Shown: piece by piece, positions 43,901 to 57,584 of the stretch
Layout: each line of letters opens with the position of its first letter
Position numbering within the stretch: position 1 is the stretch's first letter
Source of the DNA: Octopus vulgaris
Taxonomy: Eukaryota
Reading direction: 5' to 3'
NCBI GenBank assembly: GCA_951406725.2
Contig: OX597819.1
Coordinates: forward strand, 85,126,001 to 85,190,000
DNA: 64,000 bases
Position numbers and translations under genes: made by a program
The notes under the pieces: model-generated
What the model was told of the DNA's origin: nothing
The model's input: only the letters and a program-made list of their open reading frames with translations
Databases searched by the model: none

Positions 43901-46508
43901 AGATTGATGATTTTATATAGAGGTGAGTCGAATAAGAATTCATCAAGAAGATAGCAAGTGGAGTTCGAAGAGCAGTAGAGTCAGTAGGAATATGGAAAAG
44001 AAATATAGAAGAAAGTCTCTGAGCTAGACAAATTAAAAGCCTTTGTTGTTGATATGCAAGTGAGACGGTATGATATAGAAGGTAGACAGTACAACAGACA
44101 TTGAGCGTAAATACACTTCTATTTAAAATTTTGTCTTCCATCTTTTCACGCATTTCATAGATAATACAATGCAAGAGAAGACAATAAAAAATGATGAATA
44201 AATTGTTCAGGCGGATTGTAGCTTGAAATAACTATTTTATTGTAGAGATATTGAATTGATGTCTGGTAATAATAGTGGATAGTATGCTATATTATTATGC
44301 ATATTGAATATTAACGTTTACAAACTTAGACACGTTTCAAGAAGAGAGACACGACTTATCTCGGTTAACTTTTGTTGAATGCATTTTAATTAAATATTAA
44401 GTCGCAAATCGATTTTCTTTTTCTGTTTATTTTACCTCACTGTGTATTTTCAACGAACGTATAAACCAGATATCTAAGAAAACAAATGAAAATAAAAAAA
44501 AACAAAGAACAAGAAAGATAAAAGATTAAAGCGACCTATCCACCTCGAATATCAACTGACATTCCAAATTTCAATCTTCAAATTAAACAACTCAAAAAAA
44601 TATTCAATAACATTATTTTTTACCTTTTAAAATCTTTTTAAATAGCAACAACTTTTAATCGAAATACTTTCCGTATATACCTTCAGCGTAAGTATCTATT
44701 CAGTGGGGAATTTCGAACTTCCAGCCAACTTAATTATTACTAAAATAAATAGAATAAGACAACTAATACCAAAGGATTTAGTTTTAGGAATATACTGAGC
44801 AGACAGTTTATCTGAATATCTGTTTCATTAATTTTATGACATGCTGCCATTCTGATAGAATTCCTATTCTATATTGATTTAATATGCATTGGTACACCAA
44901 AGAGATATTTTATTCTGAATATTGACTGATGCGGCAACAGTAAACTGCCCACAAGAAAGTAATTGTTCGTAGTTACAGCTTTGCAAAACACCATACTGGT
45001 TTGTATGCGTCCTAAAGTTAATTTTTAAAACGAAAGGCTGGATGCTTTTTCGTGTGTGTAAATTTATTTTTGTATTCACGCTATGCTACGGAACCCGGGT
45101 TGCTTTTTCGTGCGCAACCCTGTACATACAACAGGAAGAAAATAAACGTATACTTAGGGTTTACAAACACATAGAATGGACAAAATAATATATTAAAATG
45201 AAATGAGGGATGAAATATATATCTTAAAATTCTAATTCTTATTCGAACTGAAATGCATAAAAGACCTTTGAGAATTAAAGTATTTCGATGTTCCTTACAA
45301 TTTGAAGCAACTATGGTTATTCTAATGCTAGTTGTTGATATCATTGTATTTTACCGTCAATAAATAACCGAAGATAGAGATATCACTTCACAGTCGGAGG
45401 TTATTGAGCAGCGTTGTGATTTAGAGCCAAGAAGGCAAGTTAATTTTTACTGAGCACTGGGTAATAGGTTATTTTTTTATAGAAATTATATGAAAAATTA
45501 TATCCAGCAAGGACACATGTAACTATGATCGATTGTTTTGTAATACTATTACTAAAAGTCAAGCAACCAAATATGAGACAAAAATATCGCAGATACTTGC
45601 TGAAGAGAGTATTCTAACTGTTAAAAATTTAGACCAGATCTAAGTAAGTTTAGAATACGAACACCAAGTCAGTATATAATAATTTCCTTTCTAACGTGGA
45701 ATGATGGTCAGAAATTTTTCGGGACTGGAATTGTTGATTATATCGAGCAGTATTTGAGTGTTACCCTTTTTATATCGATCTCCGAAAGGATGAAAGGCAA
45801 AGTTGATCTTTAAGGGCAAGCTGGATAATTTACAAATTCCTTTCTAGAATCAAAGGGAGGCTAGCTATATATGGCGCATTACAGAAGAAACGCCATACAA
45901 AATTAACTGAAATCGGCAAGGCAGACCTGGAAAATAACCAAATGAAAGTAGGCATCGCAACCTTTACTTGGCAGAAAGGAGAAGCATTAAAAAAAATGTA
46001 CACGATCAGGGGTTCTTCCTAAACTCAAAACGCGAAATATTTGGATGCTGTCCTCATCGAAAATTCGTTTTGACAACGCGACCTTCTACGCTTCTGGAAT
46101 AGAGAACGACATACATGTACACACGCACATAGTTTAACCGCGGCTGACATCAATTCATAGGAAGTAACTGCTTTTTCATTTCCGAAAAATGTTATAATTT
46201 TTACTAAGTTTCGTTTCGGTTCTTTTTACTTACACCGTGTCATCCAACGTCTATGTATACCTCCAGCATAAAAAAGGCTATGCACTTCGGGCAGCATGTC
46301 TAAAGGGTCATCAATATTGCTATGTACAATAGTCGGCGTGAAACAAACGGTAACATTCCGACCAGTTATATGCTGATCGATATGAAGATATATTTGCTAT
46401 ATTTCTCATATTGAGCGTGGTTTTTCCCCAGCTTTTGAACAACACACACAGATGCACACACGCACAGACACACACACAAACACACGCACACACTCACTCA
46501 TATATGTG

Positions 46509-46555
<47 letters not shown>

Positions 46556-48702
46556 ATGCTCGCAAAAAGAAGAGAACAGATTGGAATAGTATTTCAAACT
46601 TGTGAATTAAAACAATTTGAAAAACAAAGTTATCCGTAGCTTTTTTTTGTAGCTGTAGGCAAAATCCCTTTGTTTTCATAAGATATGGTAAACAGTTGAT
46701 CGGTATCGAAATTAATTACTGGAAATGGTTGAAGTGTCTCTCCAGACAGAATATCCTAATTTCAGTCGACAGAGTAACACAAAATCGGAGAGTTGCCACT
46801 CCAAGCAGCATCAACATTGATGAACTAACGAGAGGGCTGCTACATGTTCGATTAACTTCCAAGAAATAACAGCTAAATATTCTGTCAAAAAGAGTACTGT
46901 CTTAAAGAAGAAAAATTACTGAAGAAATACAGTCTTAGATACATGAGAAAAATAGAATGCCGTTTGAAGTTAGTCAGCTTGGAAGAAATTGGTTTGGAGA
47001 GCAACAACAACGACTATAGCAACCACAAGCCAATGAGAAAACCACTGCTCGATCTACAGGAAATAACAGCAATTTTCTCCTTGAAAAATCACTCTCTGCT
47101 GTCTTAAAAATGGAAGAACACTTTAGAGAATGTAGCTATGAATATTAATGGAAAACAGAACAAGATAGTTTCAGAAAGAATGAATTTGATCATAGTCAGA
47201 ACTGACCTGGAGTTAAGAATAACAACGACTTCATTAATATTGATTGACTACGATCCATCCTCGAAATCCTTATTTAAATATATCCGTGAACAGCTAACAA
47301 TAAATATCGGATTATGCACGATGTGGGATTCACAAACTGAGATTTCTTTAGTCGATATGGTACACCAATTAATTATATGTAAGCTTGTTATTTTTATTGA
47401 AGTTGTAGTATTATGATGGTGGATTGAAAGGAGCATGGCAATCACCGTCAGACAGAATACTTCTGTTGACGCAGAAACAACACAAACGTTTTATAACGCC
47501 GGTTACGAAGATTACAGGAAAACATGAAACTCTAGTTGTCAAGAAAAAATATCGAAAACACGGCGAAATAAACCAATATTAAGCAAATGGCATATACTGC
47601 ATATACTGAATGTACACTCATATTGAATGCATGTACGAAAATACTTCACTTGCTACACCACTTATGGGTTGACTACCGATGCTTTATCATGTGATGACAA
47701 GCAAAAACATCCTAACAAGTTAAAATACTACATATCCTTATACAATTAGTCCTTTCTAGACATAATTTAATATTATATTTGATTTTATAGCATCTAATGT
47801 TATTGTAGAGTTGGTAAAGCTGAAAGTAATTTTAATTAAAAATTGTCTGTTAGTTCATTGAATATATAAGAACTAGAAGACTTACACGCTATGACAGGTC
47901 TGAGAAATGACAGGAATGTGAATTGAATCAAGATCGTACACATCGAACCAACAGAATATGCACACATAGAAAAGAAATGTGAAATCATATTCTTATCAAT
48001 GATGTTGTATGCAACATATTCCATTTATTGAAGAAAAGGCAACGAGTATGCTTAATTATTACAATAAGTGCAGCAATTTTGACAGTGATGACTATCTCAA
48101 TAAAAGGAACCATGAAGTTATGCCTTAGCTTCTCTTCTGTTAGTTCTGGAGACTCTGATAGTCTTCTCATCGGCTTCCTTATTGAACAAGAAATGACCAT
48201 AAACAGCATAGGAAAAAAATCAAATTGATATAAAAACATGCGTAGAAAATGTCTGTACTCTCAAGGACATAGGTATGTAATACAAAAAAAGCGAATTCGT
48301 ATTTAGAATAATTATGATATTTACAGCCTATACGTACAGAGAAAATTGCAAACTTAGAACAGTGAAAAGTTAATCGATATGTTCTATAATTTAGTCATTA
48401 GCAAAAGGGATATGGTACTCCGGTTAATTATATAGAAGCTTGTTCTTTATATTGAAGTTGATAGTGGATTGGAAAGAGCATGTTAATCGTTATCAGAGGG
48501 AATACTATGATCCCTGTTAGCACAAAAACAACAGACTCTCCCAGGCTGGTGAACTGGAAGTGACTTACGCACAAAAGGACATCTGCAGAAGAAAAAAGTA
48601 TGTTTTTTTTCTGCATATATCATCTTGCTAGATTTTAAGCTTAGCCGACATGCTAAGGTTTACCGAGGCCGGAATGCATTAAGTGTTCTGGGTACAAGTT
48701 GA

Positions 48703-49472
48703 GGATCTTTTCCTTTTGAACGGCAGTTTTCAACACAATTTCTAGTCAACTAAACACTTTTAAACTTCGTATACTGGTAGAATGTGTCAAAATAAAACAT
48801 TTTTTTCTCTTGGCTTTCTTGAGAAAATTGTAATTTGTAAGTTTAACGTATTTTCGAATTTTAACCAATCCTATGACCTCTATTGAGCTAAAATCATTTG
48901 CTGCGTCTAAAACTGAGACAACATCCTGTTACTAACCCTAACTCTAACCCTAACCCTCACCCTAACCCTCACCCTAACCCTAAATTTTAGCCTTTCGTTT
49001 TTTTTCATAATTGTTAAATTAATTTAATTGTTACGCGTGTGTCTAAAATTATTCGTTTTGTTTTTGTTTTGAGTTTTTGCTTTCGTTTTTTTTCTTAATT
49101 GTTAAATTAAAATTATTTTCCATTGCTTTCGTTTTAGCCTTTCGTTTTTTTTTCTTAATTGTTATCCTTAAATTAATTTAACAATTAAGAAAAAAAAAAC
49201 GAAAGGCCAAAATTTAGGGTTAGGGTGAGGGTTAGAGTTAGTGACAGGATTTTGTCTGTTTTAGACGCAGCAAATGATTTTAGCTCAATAGAGGCCATAG
49301 GATTAGTTAAAATTCGAAAAATTAAACTACGTTAAACTTACAAATTACAATTTTCTCAAGAAAGCCAAGAGAAAAAATGTTCTATTTTGACACATTCTAC
49401 CAGTATACGAAGTTTAAGTGTTTAGTTAACTAGAAATTGTGTTGAAAACTGCCGTTCAAACGGAAAAGATCC
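48703..49472. mobile_element. Non-autonomous foldback DNA element with about 310-bp TIRs containing (TAACCC)n
   Basis: 48703-49027 is the reverse complement of about 49168-49472; GGATC..GATCC termini; flanks caagttga / caagttgt. Confidence 0.85.
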
Positions 49473-49545
49473 CAAGTTGTTATCGAGAAGAGAAATAGAC
49501 CTAAGGGAGTAATGAAGGTGATTGTTTACGATTGTTCCATGTGTA

Positions 49546-49594
<49 letters not shown>

Positions 49595-49893
49595 GTGTGT
49601 GTGTATAGTGTGCATGTCGGAGAAGGTGTTAGAAAAGGTTGGGTAGTGAATGAGGCTTTAACAACGTGATTTAAGAGGGTAAATTGAAACGCTGCTTTCT
49701 CAACGCCTAGAGTTCACGGATCCAGTGTCTAAGACAAAGAAAAATACCGAGATGCTGCAAGTAAGATGACAAATATTATCGTTTATATCTTCAGACAATA
49801 ATTTTACCTATCCAAAATTATTGTAGCATTTAGTGATAACGTATCGATCTCCTCTGTTATGCAAAATAAGCAGCGTTAATATTTTCTATTCCT

Positions 49894-50282
49894 CGGCCAG
49901 CTGGCAGAAACGTTAGCACGCCGGGCGAAATGCGTAGCCGTATTTCGTCTGCCGTTACGTTCTGAGTTCAAATTCCGCCGAGGTCGACTTTGCCTTTCAT
50001 CCTTTCGGGGGTCGATAAATTAAGTACCAGTTACGCACTGGGGTCGATGTAATCGGCTTAATCCGTTTGTCTGTCCTTGTTTGTCCTCTCTGTTTAGCCC
50101 CTTGTGGGTAATAAAGAAATAGGCATTTCTCCCGGCTTTACGATCTGAGTTCAAATTCCGCCGAGGTGACTTTGCCTTTCATTCTTTCGGGTCGATGAAA
50201 TAAGTTCCAGTTGTACACTCGTGTCAATGTAATCAACTTCCCCCACTCCCGAAGTTACTGGCTTTGTGCGAAAATTCGAAAC
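49894..50282 (+). mobile_element. Dimeric SINE family B with TSD
   Basis: Two units; taatattttctattcct (49877-49893) vs taatatttttttattcct (50283-50300). Confidence 0.88.
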
Positions 50283-51567
50283 TAATATTTTTTTATTCCT
50301 GGAATAATAAATAAAATAAAAAAGCAAAGATATTACTCAAAATTAGGCTGCGGCTACTGGTTCGAATTAGACTTCTCTGTTGTTCTGTTGTGGGTTACCC
50401 ACAAATTTGCTATAATTAAGCAGTTCTGTGATCAGAGACGTCCCACCCGTGACCAAAATTTTATTCTTTAAGCGTAGTTCAACTAGAACATGTTTAGACT
50501 TTCTCATTTATTGAATCTACAATATCTATTAACACAGTCCTGCATCTCCGGGTATGTTTCTATACATGTTTTGACGATATCTTTTTAGTGTTAGCTTCAA
50601 ATTAGGTTTGTATCTAGCAGTTTCTCTGTGTGTCTGTCCCCTCATTTCCTTATCGTTCTCTCTCTCTCTCTCACATATATACACACATACATAAATAAAT
50701 AAATAAATACATACATACGTACACACACATACATACACACACATACATATTCAATTAAAAAAGTATATATAAATTCAATTCCATTGTGCAATGACCCGAG
50801 CAGTTTTCTATTAAATCTAAATTTTAGATATTGGCAAATTTAATCTAATTTATGTCAAAAAGCCTTCTTCAATTACAGATTATTATCTATATTAAATTTC
50901 TGTCGAATATTTTGTCGTGTAGCATTAAAAAAACCCATTTAATTGCATTTTATGTCTTCATCTAAACTAATTTTTTCTGGTAATTATTTTGTTTTTAATA
51001 TAAATATTTTGTAGCCGTAGATATTCTATATAGGAACCTATAGAAAATGTATAATGTATAAAAATTAATAAAATATATATCGTAATTATAACAAATAAAT
51101 GGGAAATTATTCATCAGTATCACTGTTCTTCAGAGGCAGTGAACTCATAAGCAATTATTATTAGGAGTGGAGACAGAAACAAAATTATTGTGTACTTAAC
51201 ACCTTGAAGTTGCAAAGCAATCATTTAAGCAATTAGATATCCTAAGCAGCTTTGGAATATCTCAAATTATATATTATGTTTATCCTTTATATATAACACG
51301 AATACACACATGCTCACTTACTATAATTTCCGACCTATTTTTGTAGTCCCAAACTAAAATTACCCGATATCCAATTGTAAAGTTCTTTGTTGGATGTTTT
51401 ACGCAGTTCTTTCTCAGAATTCTCCACCACCACGAGAACTCTGATCCCGTGCATTTTCCTTTCGAACTATTAATTTGTAGCAATTACACCAACCATACTA
51501 GCCAGATCCAATTATTTATGTTCCTATATCACCCACCCATTTCTACATATGTACACATGTGTTCACA

Positions 51568-51606
<39 letters not shown>

Positions 51607-51689
51607 TCACCATGTTGAACTGTTAATCTCTATACATTTCTTTCTTTCTCTGTCTTTTTTCTTAATCTCTTCGTCTTTTCCCTTCAACC

Positions 51690-51725
51690 CTTACTGTCGA
51701 CGAGCGTAGGCTCGAAACGTCGAAG
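51690..51725 (+). ncRNA. Non-canonical minimal hammerhead-like motif (A6U family)
   Basis: ctta-CTGTCGA-c-gagc(gtag)gctc-GAAAC-GTC-gaag; downstream sequence homologous to 27812-27895. Confidence 0.4.
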
Positions 51726-52129
51726 ACGTTTCCATTTTTCCCAAGTGTCAAACTAATACAACTGCTTGTTGTTCCCTCACCTGTCTTCGTCTTTTGTTTT
51801 CTGTAAATTTGAATAATATATGTGTGTGTGAGTGCAAGGGAGAGGGAGAGGAGAGAGAGGAGGAGAGAGAGAGGGAGAGGTAGAGAGAAAGAGAAAGAGA
51901 GAGAAATGGACTATTCTGATCTAGTAATCGTGTTAGTCCGCAATTTTGTAAGAACGAATGTGGAACGCAAAGTCCTTTGTGAATAAGTTATTCATTATTC
52001 ATCTCTCACATGTCCAGCGGTGTTTCAGCATAGCAAATATTTCATAAGCCCCGTCAGAGAAGTCTTGTGACAGAAACTACAAATTGCGCCGTTCTGATTG
52101 GTTTTGATTGATTGATTGATTGATTGATT

Positions 52130-52164
<35 letters not shown>

Positions 52165-52758
52165 TGAGAGAGAAAGAGAGAGAGAGAGTGAGAGAGAAAG
52201 AGAGAGAGAGTCATGAGATATGCCAAGAGAGAAGTTTTTGAAGGAAAAGGCTAAATGAAACGATGGACAGAAGAAAAGAGGCTAAGGAAAGGATTGACTA
52301 GGATGGATAAAAGAGAGATAGGGATAAAGTAGAAAGAGCGTCGGTGGAGTCAAGGTTCAAAGTAATAGATATTATAGGAACGCGGGAGTTGTAAGGGGGA
52401 GAAGAGGAGAAAAAGAAGATTGAAAATTGATGATGGTGGAAGATGCGCCGAAGTAATTAAGTTGGAGGGAACAGGAAAAAATCAAAGTTTTGATACACAC
52501 ATGGATATTTGGAATAAATAATAACGTTAAGCGTTGTTATATTTTAAGACGGGATAAATTTTTACAAATCTAAAGGATGATAAATTATAGTAACTTACTG
52601 GAAATGTGTTATACAGGGAAAAACAATAGATAGAACACTGTTAATAATTCTAACCATAAAAATATATAAAAATGGACATTTTTAAGGTAGTTAACAAATG
52701 CTCATGATAAATATAATGGCAACAACAAAAAAGAATGCTAAAAAAATCAGCGAGTAAC

Positions 52759-53058
52759 TGGCACTCCGTGGGTTACGATGACCAGTGTTCCAGTTGGTCT
52801 GACCAATAGAACAGCCTGCACGTGATATTAACGTGCAAGTGTCTAGGTACTCCACAGACACGTATACCCTTAATGTAGTTCTCAGGGAAACTGAGAGATA
52901 AGAAACAGAAAGGTCTGGTCCTTTGAATTATAGGCACTACTCATTTTTGCCAGCTGAGTAGACTGGAGCAACGTGAAATAAAATGCCTTGCTCAAGGACA
53001 CAATACGCCACCAGGAATCGAAATCACAAGCATGATTATCCTAATCACTAAGCCATGT
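52759..53058 (-). mobile_element. SINE family C, diverged
   Basis: Homologous to 18570-18873. Confidence 0.8.
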
Positions 53059-53117
53059 GTATGATAATAAATAAAAGCGCAATACTAACCAAAAGGACAA
53101 TAGTGAACGTGATAAAA

Positions 53118-54308
53118 CCAGAAACCGTTACAGAGTGGGTTAGGAATGCCTTGGCTGATGATGCGCATGTATGCGCTGAGACTGAGCCACACCTCTGGCT
53201 CTACCTGGATCGTGAACGGGTGTGGTCACCATATGCCAAGTTCTTCCTGCCACAATTGATGTCCCTGCGAGACGTAGGTGCATGGATCACGCGGGGACCG
53301 AAAATGAGCGAATGACAGGAGTGCAGACATGGACTCGCTCTGTTCTCCTGTGTGAGCAATACTGGCAGCGGGGTTACCACTGCGGATTTTTATAGGGGGT
53401 TGGTAGAGCACATGTTCGACGACGTCCTAGTGGAGACTCTAGGCTTCGACGAAGAACAGCTTGTCAACCTGTTCGGAAGAACATTCGGGCCGAGGTATCT
53501 GGACAACTTCCAGAAATCCCTGACCTGGTTGTGTTACCGAGTGGCTTTGCCAGTTCGAGAGAGGTTGTCAAGGCATAGTGCTAGTATCCCACCCACATGC
53601 CCGAGGTGCGGGCGTGTCAGTGAAACTGTCAAGCACGCCTTCGTACATTTTGAGGAACTAAGGGGACTGATAATCTATGCTGAACAATTGGTGTCAGATA
53701 CGGAAAGAGCACGGTTATCGACTGAGTCTATCATCAGAATTGTGCCGCCTCCCTCCTTTAACAAGGAAAAGGAGGTTTCAGTTTTCTGCGTACTAGCCGT
53801 ATTGAAAGAGACTTTATGGGTGACGTGTGGAAGAAGAATTGAGACAGGCAACTTTATCTCCGAACACGGGTTGGTTAGATTTTTTTAACTACCACCTGTC
53901 CAGAAAGATCAGTCTGGAGAAAAGATGCCTACCTCGATGTCTCGAAGAGCGTTTGAGAAAAGATGGACAAATGTCGTAAGGAAGTTGAGAGTGAATGGGG
54001 CCGCGCTAGTGTAGCCGGTCTGAACAGAAAAAAAAGGAAAAAAAAAAAAAACCGAAGGAAAAATAATAAAAAAAGGATATTATAAAAAGTTAAAGAAAAA
54101 GGAAAAAACCGGCGGGTCGAACACGAACCCAAGCTATATATCAAAATATAATTTAAAAATTCATTTCGATCTCATTGTACTGTGTAAATTCATCCGATTT
54201 CATTATATTCGATTTTTCACTAAGGTATAACCCCAGCCCCCAAATGTTTTTGTTATGTCCTTGTGTTGTCCCCTCTGTGTTATGGCCTGTATGCCGAATA
54301 AAAGAAAT
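53118..54308 (+). mobile_element. 5'-truncated Tx1/L1-group LINE (zf-RVT end and 3' UTR) with 17-bp TSD
   Basis: ORF 53352-53888 has LTWLCYRVALPVRERL..CPRCGRVSETVKHAF; AATAAA near 54296; tagtgaacgtgataaaa at 53101-53117 and 54309-54325. Confidence 0.82.
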
Positions 54309-54739
54309 TAGTGAACGTGATAAAATGTCTAATCTTGGTTTTTTTACACGTCTCAGTTATGAGGTAACCGCTTCATAAGGCCGCCACCTTCAAGAGTTTA
54401 GTCGATCAAATCAACTTCGTACTAATTTTGAACCTGACACTTATTTTTGCCGAACAACTACGTTGCAGACATGTAAACGAACAAATAGCGGTTGTCAAGC
54501 GCCAAGAGAGAAACACAAGTAGAAAGACACCTCTCCTGCTCCCCGCATGATGATGTACACGATGTGGTGTTGAACCAAATTAAGGTATTTTCAAAATTCT
54601 ACTGCGAAGAACGAATGCTCGTTATATACTTTCTCTCACCAATGCCAATTTTTACTGGCAGCGCAGTTGAAAATAACACACACATACATATATATACACG
54701 TATGCATGCATACTTACATACTCTTTGTGGCTTCCTTCT

Positions 54740-55112
54740 GTCATTAATGACCATGAATGAAGGTTGTCTGCTCTACTGGAAGTATAGGGTGTCCGATAGG
54801 ATCGAAGCTTGGGCAGTATGATATGGGGGACAGGTTGTTGCCCATGTAAGGTGTCCCTCTCTACATCACTAATGGATGCAAAAGAACAACACGGCCATTA
54901 CTATTTGGCATCAGTTTCGTCGTAGGATGTGACATAACGAGGTTGTTGAACCGTCTCAGAGGCTCTGACTTCAATTTTTCAACCAGGGTTAACTTTCGAA
55001 GCCTTTACCATAGCTGAATATCACTGCCAGCTAGGGTAGGTTTGGAATCAAAGTTTTCCGTTCCTTAGATGGGTTGCCGTTCCACAGGATAACGAGATCC
55101 ATCTGCCCGACT
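54740..55112 (-). mobile_element. RTE-clade 5' UTR-like non-autonomous element
   Basis: Minus strand ggcagatggatctcgt...ggcaacccatctaaggaacggaaaactttgattccaaacc resembles the RTE 5' UTR motif as I recall it. Confidence 0.5.
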
Positions 55113-56719
55113 GACTTACTAATTAACCCATAGCTGGGAGCTTGACTGGTGCTACGACACTGGTTCAGAGTAGTTCTGGGAACAATAATGGCTAAGAAGT
55201 GATTCCACACTCTTCAGAACCCTGGAAATCCCTAGCCAGGACCCACTACTGGGTGTATTCAGGACCAATATACTTACATACATACATACGTGATTCTATA
55301 TATACATATACATACATACATACATGCATACATATAGATACATGCACATACATACACACATACATACACTACATATAATTACGATATCTCGGGCTATACC
55401 AATTGTTTTCATAACATTTTTAACGCTTTGAATTAAATGTGACCATTTTGCGTTGAGTCTGTAGTTTGAATCACTTTAACCAAATTTTAGCAAGCCGGAT
55501 TTTTGATCATCATGATACATCGCCAGCGACTCCCTGAAACTCTCCCCTGAAATCCCCGTTGAGAAATACTGATCTAAAAGAATAATTCAACAATGCAATT
55601 ATTTGATCAACAAAAATTTATGAAACGCTTCTACGTACTTCCTATTGAGGAAATGGAACACATAAGCGCAAAAATAGAGGGCATTAAATGCTTGATTTTA
55701 AAACCAAAATAATTGAATTTTGATTGAACTTCATCCAAGTTTGGCTTAATTCGCGCGTGCATAGAACGCACGAGCCGGGCAATACTGCTAGTTTATTCTA
55801 AAATAAAAAAAACAGAAAGACAGCAAAAAAAGAAAGAAAGAGAGAAACAACGTTTTGTTGAATTGTGGATTGCGTTGCATGGGTATTATCAGAGTCGTTA
55901 TTTTTCGGAATTCTACGGCCAGCAGGTTGCAAAAATACATGTGATGCAAGGAGGAAGCGGGATGCAAGGAGGAAGCGAAATGTTGGGAACTTAAGTAACA
56001 AAGAAGTAATATTCATGAGAGACAGCTTGAATACTGTTACTCATATTTAAATTTTGGGGGAGAAAACTGTCACTTGCATTGGTTTAGAAACTTGAAGGGA
56101 ACTTATTGTATCCACTATATCAGAGAGATGAAAGGGACTTCGACAGGATTATTACATAAAACGTAATATAAATGCTTGTCGGGAGTTTGTCCAGAGCCTA
56201 ACCAACTCAACCATCCGCCCCTTACATTGTCCACTCTTTCCATCCTTTTTTAATGCTAGCTCCTTTCCGAATCATATAGACTCATAGGGCCGGTTTCCCG
56301 AATTCTCTGGTGTATATATATATACTCTCCGCTAGACGGGACGCCGGTTTCTCGCAAGTATACTCATTTTTTCCATCTGAGACCTGGAGCAAAGTGAAAT
56401 GAAGTGTTTTACTCAAGAGCACCACGCATCACCTAATCCAAAAATTGAACTCATGTGTCATAGAACCCTAACCAGTAAGCCACTCGCCTCCACTTTAAAC
56501 GCTTGAATATGATTTGAAAGAATTTGATACTATTACTTGTTGGTACACTACTAGATTAGAATATAAAACAAAACCAGTAATAGGATATGAACTTACAACT
56601 AGTATCTTTATCCACTTGAAACATTCTTATTTTTATTTTCAAATATTCAGAATATCATGGAGTGGCAATGTCAGGGAGATGGAAATCAATATTATGTCTA
56701 GTTACATAGTTTTACAATG

Positions 56720-57190
56720 TACGTGACTATCTCGCCGGGTTTACTTAGCTTTATTGCCAATTCTTCAAGTTATAATGCAAGATTTTCTTCAAGTAATGCC
56801 TCAAGGAGCTTATCATCAAACTCAACTGAACGTCCTCTTCGATCTTCAACTTCAAGTTTGAAATCTTCACTTCTGAATTTTGCAAACCATCTTCTGCAAA
56901 TTCTTTCGTTCAAGCACTCTTTCCCAGTGTATGTTTCGAGTCGCTTCGGCGGCAGAGTTTCCTCTTTTGTTCCCATAAAGCATTATGTGCCTCAAATGCT
57001 GTTTGGATACTTCCATGTTAGAAAGGGTTTTAATCAAAGAAATTTTAATTCTATTATTCTGTAAATTAGTTTAAATGTACACAAATGCATAAAAGTAATT
57101 TTAAATTCCATTAGACATTCTAAAATACTATTAAATTTCATTCAATTTTAAAAAGGTAATATCGGACAGAACTTATGGGATGACCTAATA
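56720..57190 (-). mobile_element. Mariner relic: left TIR and HTH region
   Basis: TIR tattaggtcatcccataagttctgtccg; translation ERICRRWFAKFRSEDFKLEVEDRRGRSVEFDDKLLEALLEEN matches the mariner HTH and GRP region. Confidence 0.8.
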
Positions 57191-57584
57191 GGTGCATATT
57201 TAAAGAGCTTCTCAGTTGCAACGAAAAGAGTATCTTATCGGTTTCTGAGACTTATACCCTATCTCTCCATCTCTCCATTATTTCTGTCTCAAATTTCGTT
57301 GTTTAATGAATTTTTTACAATAATGAAAAGTTCAAAGGTATATCTAATCATCTAGCTTCCTACATCCGAAAACTAAAGCAAATGTGGGATCAGCTTCATG
57401 GTCTCTCATTCTGTGAGAAATAGTAACTAAATATTACTCTCATTTCACTCTACAGTCTTAAAAATACGAACACATTGGATAATATACTTACATAAACACT
57501 GTGGATGAAAAAAATAAACATTTATAGATATCCTTGTGAATAATCTTTATGACAACATTATAAATGAAGGCGCGTGGCTTAGTG

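Noticed and set aside
47985-48239. 84-aa minus-strand ORF as a host exon
   Set aside because: Weak splice signals and no recognisable homology.
55050-55112. HDV-like ribozyme in the RTE 5' UTR-like region
   Set aside because: P2-like pairing exists, but I could not assign P1, P1.1 or a proper L3.
55752-55792. Helitron 3' end (hairpin then CTAG-T)
   Set aside because: Imperfect hairpin and no identifiable 5' end.
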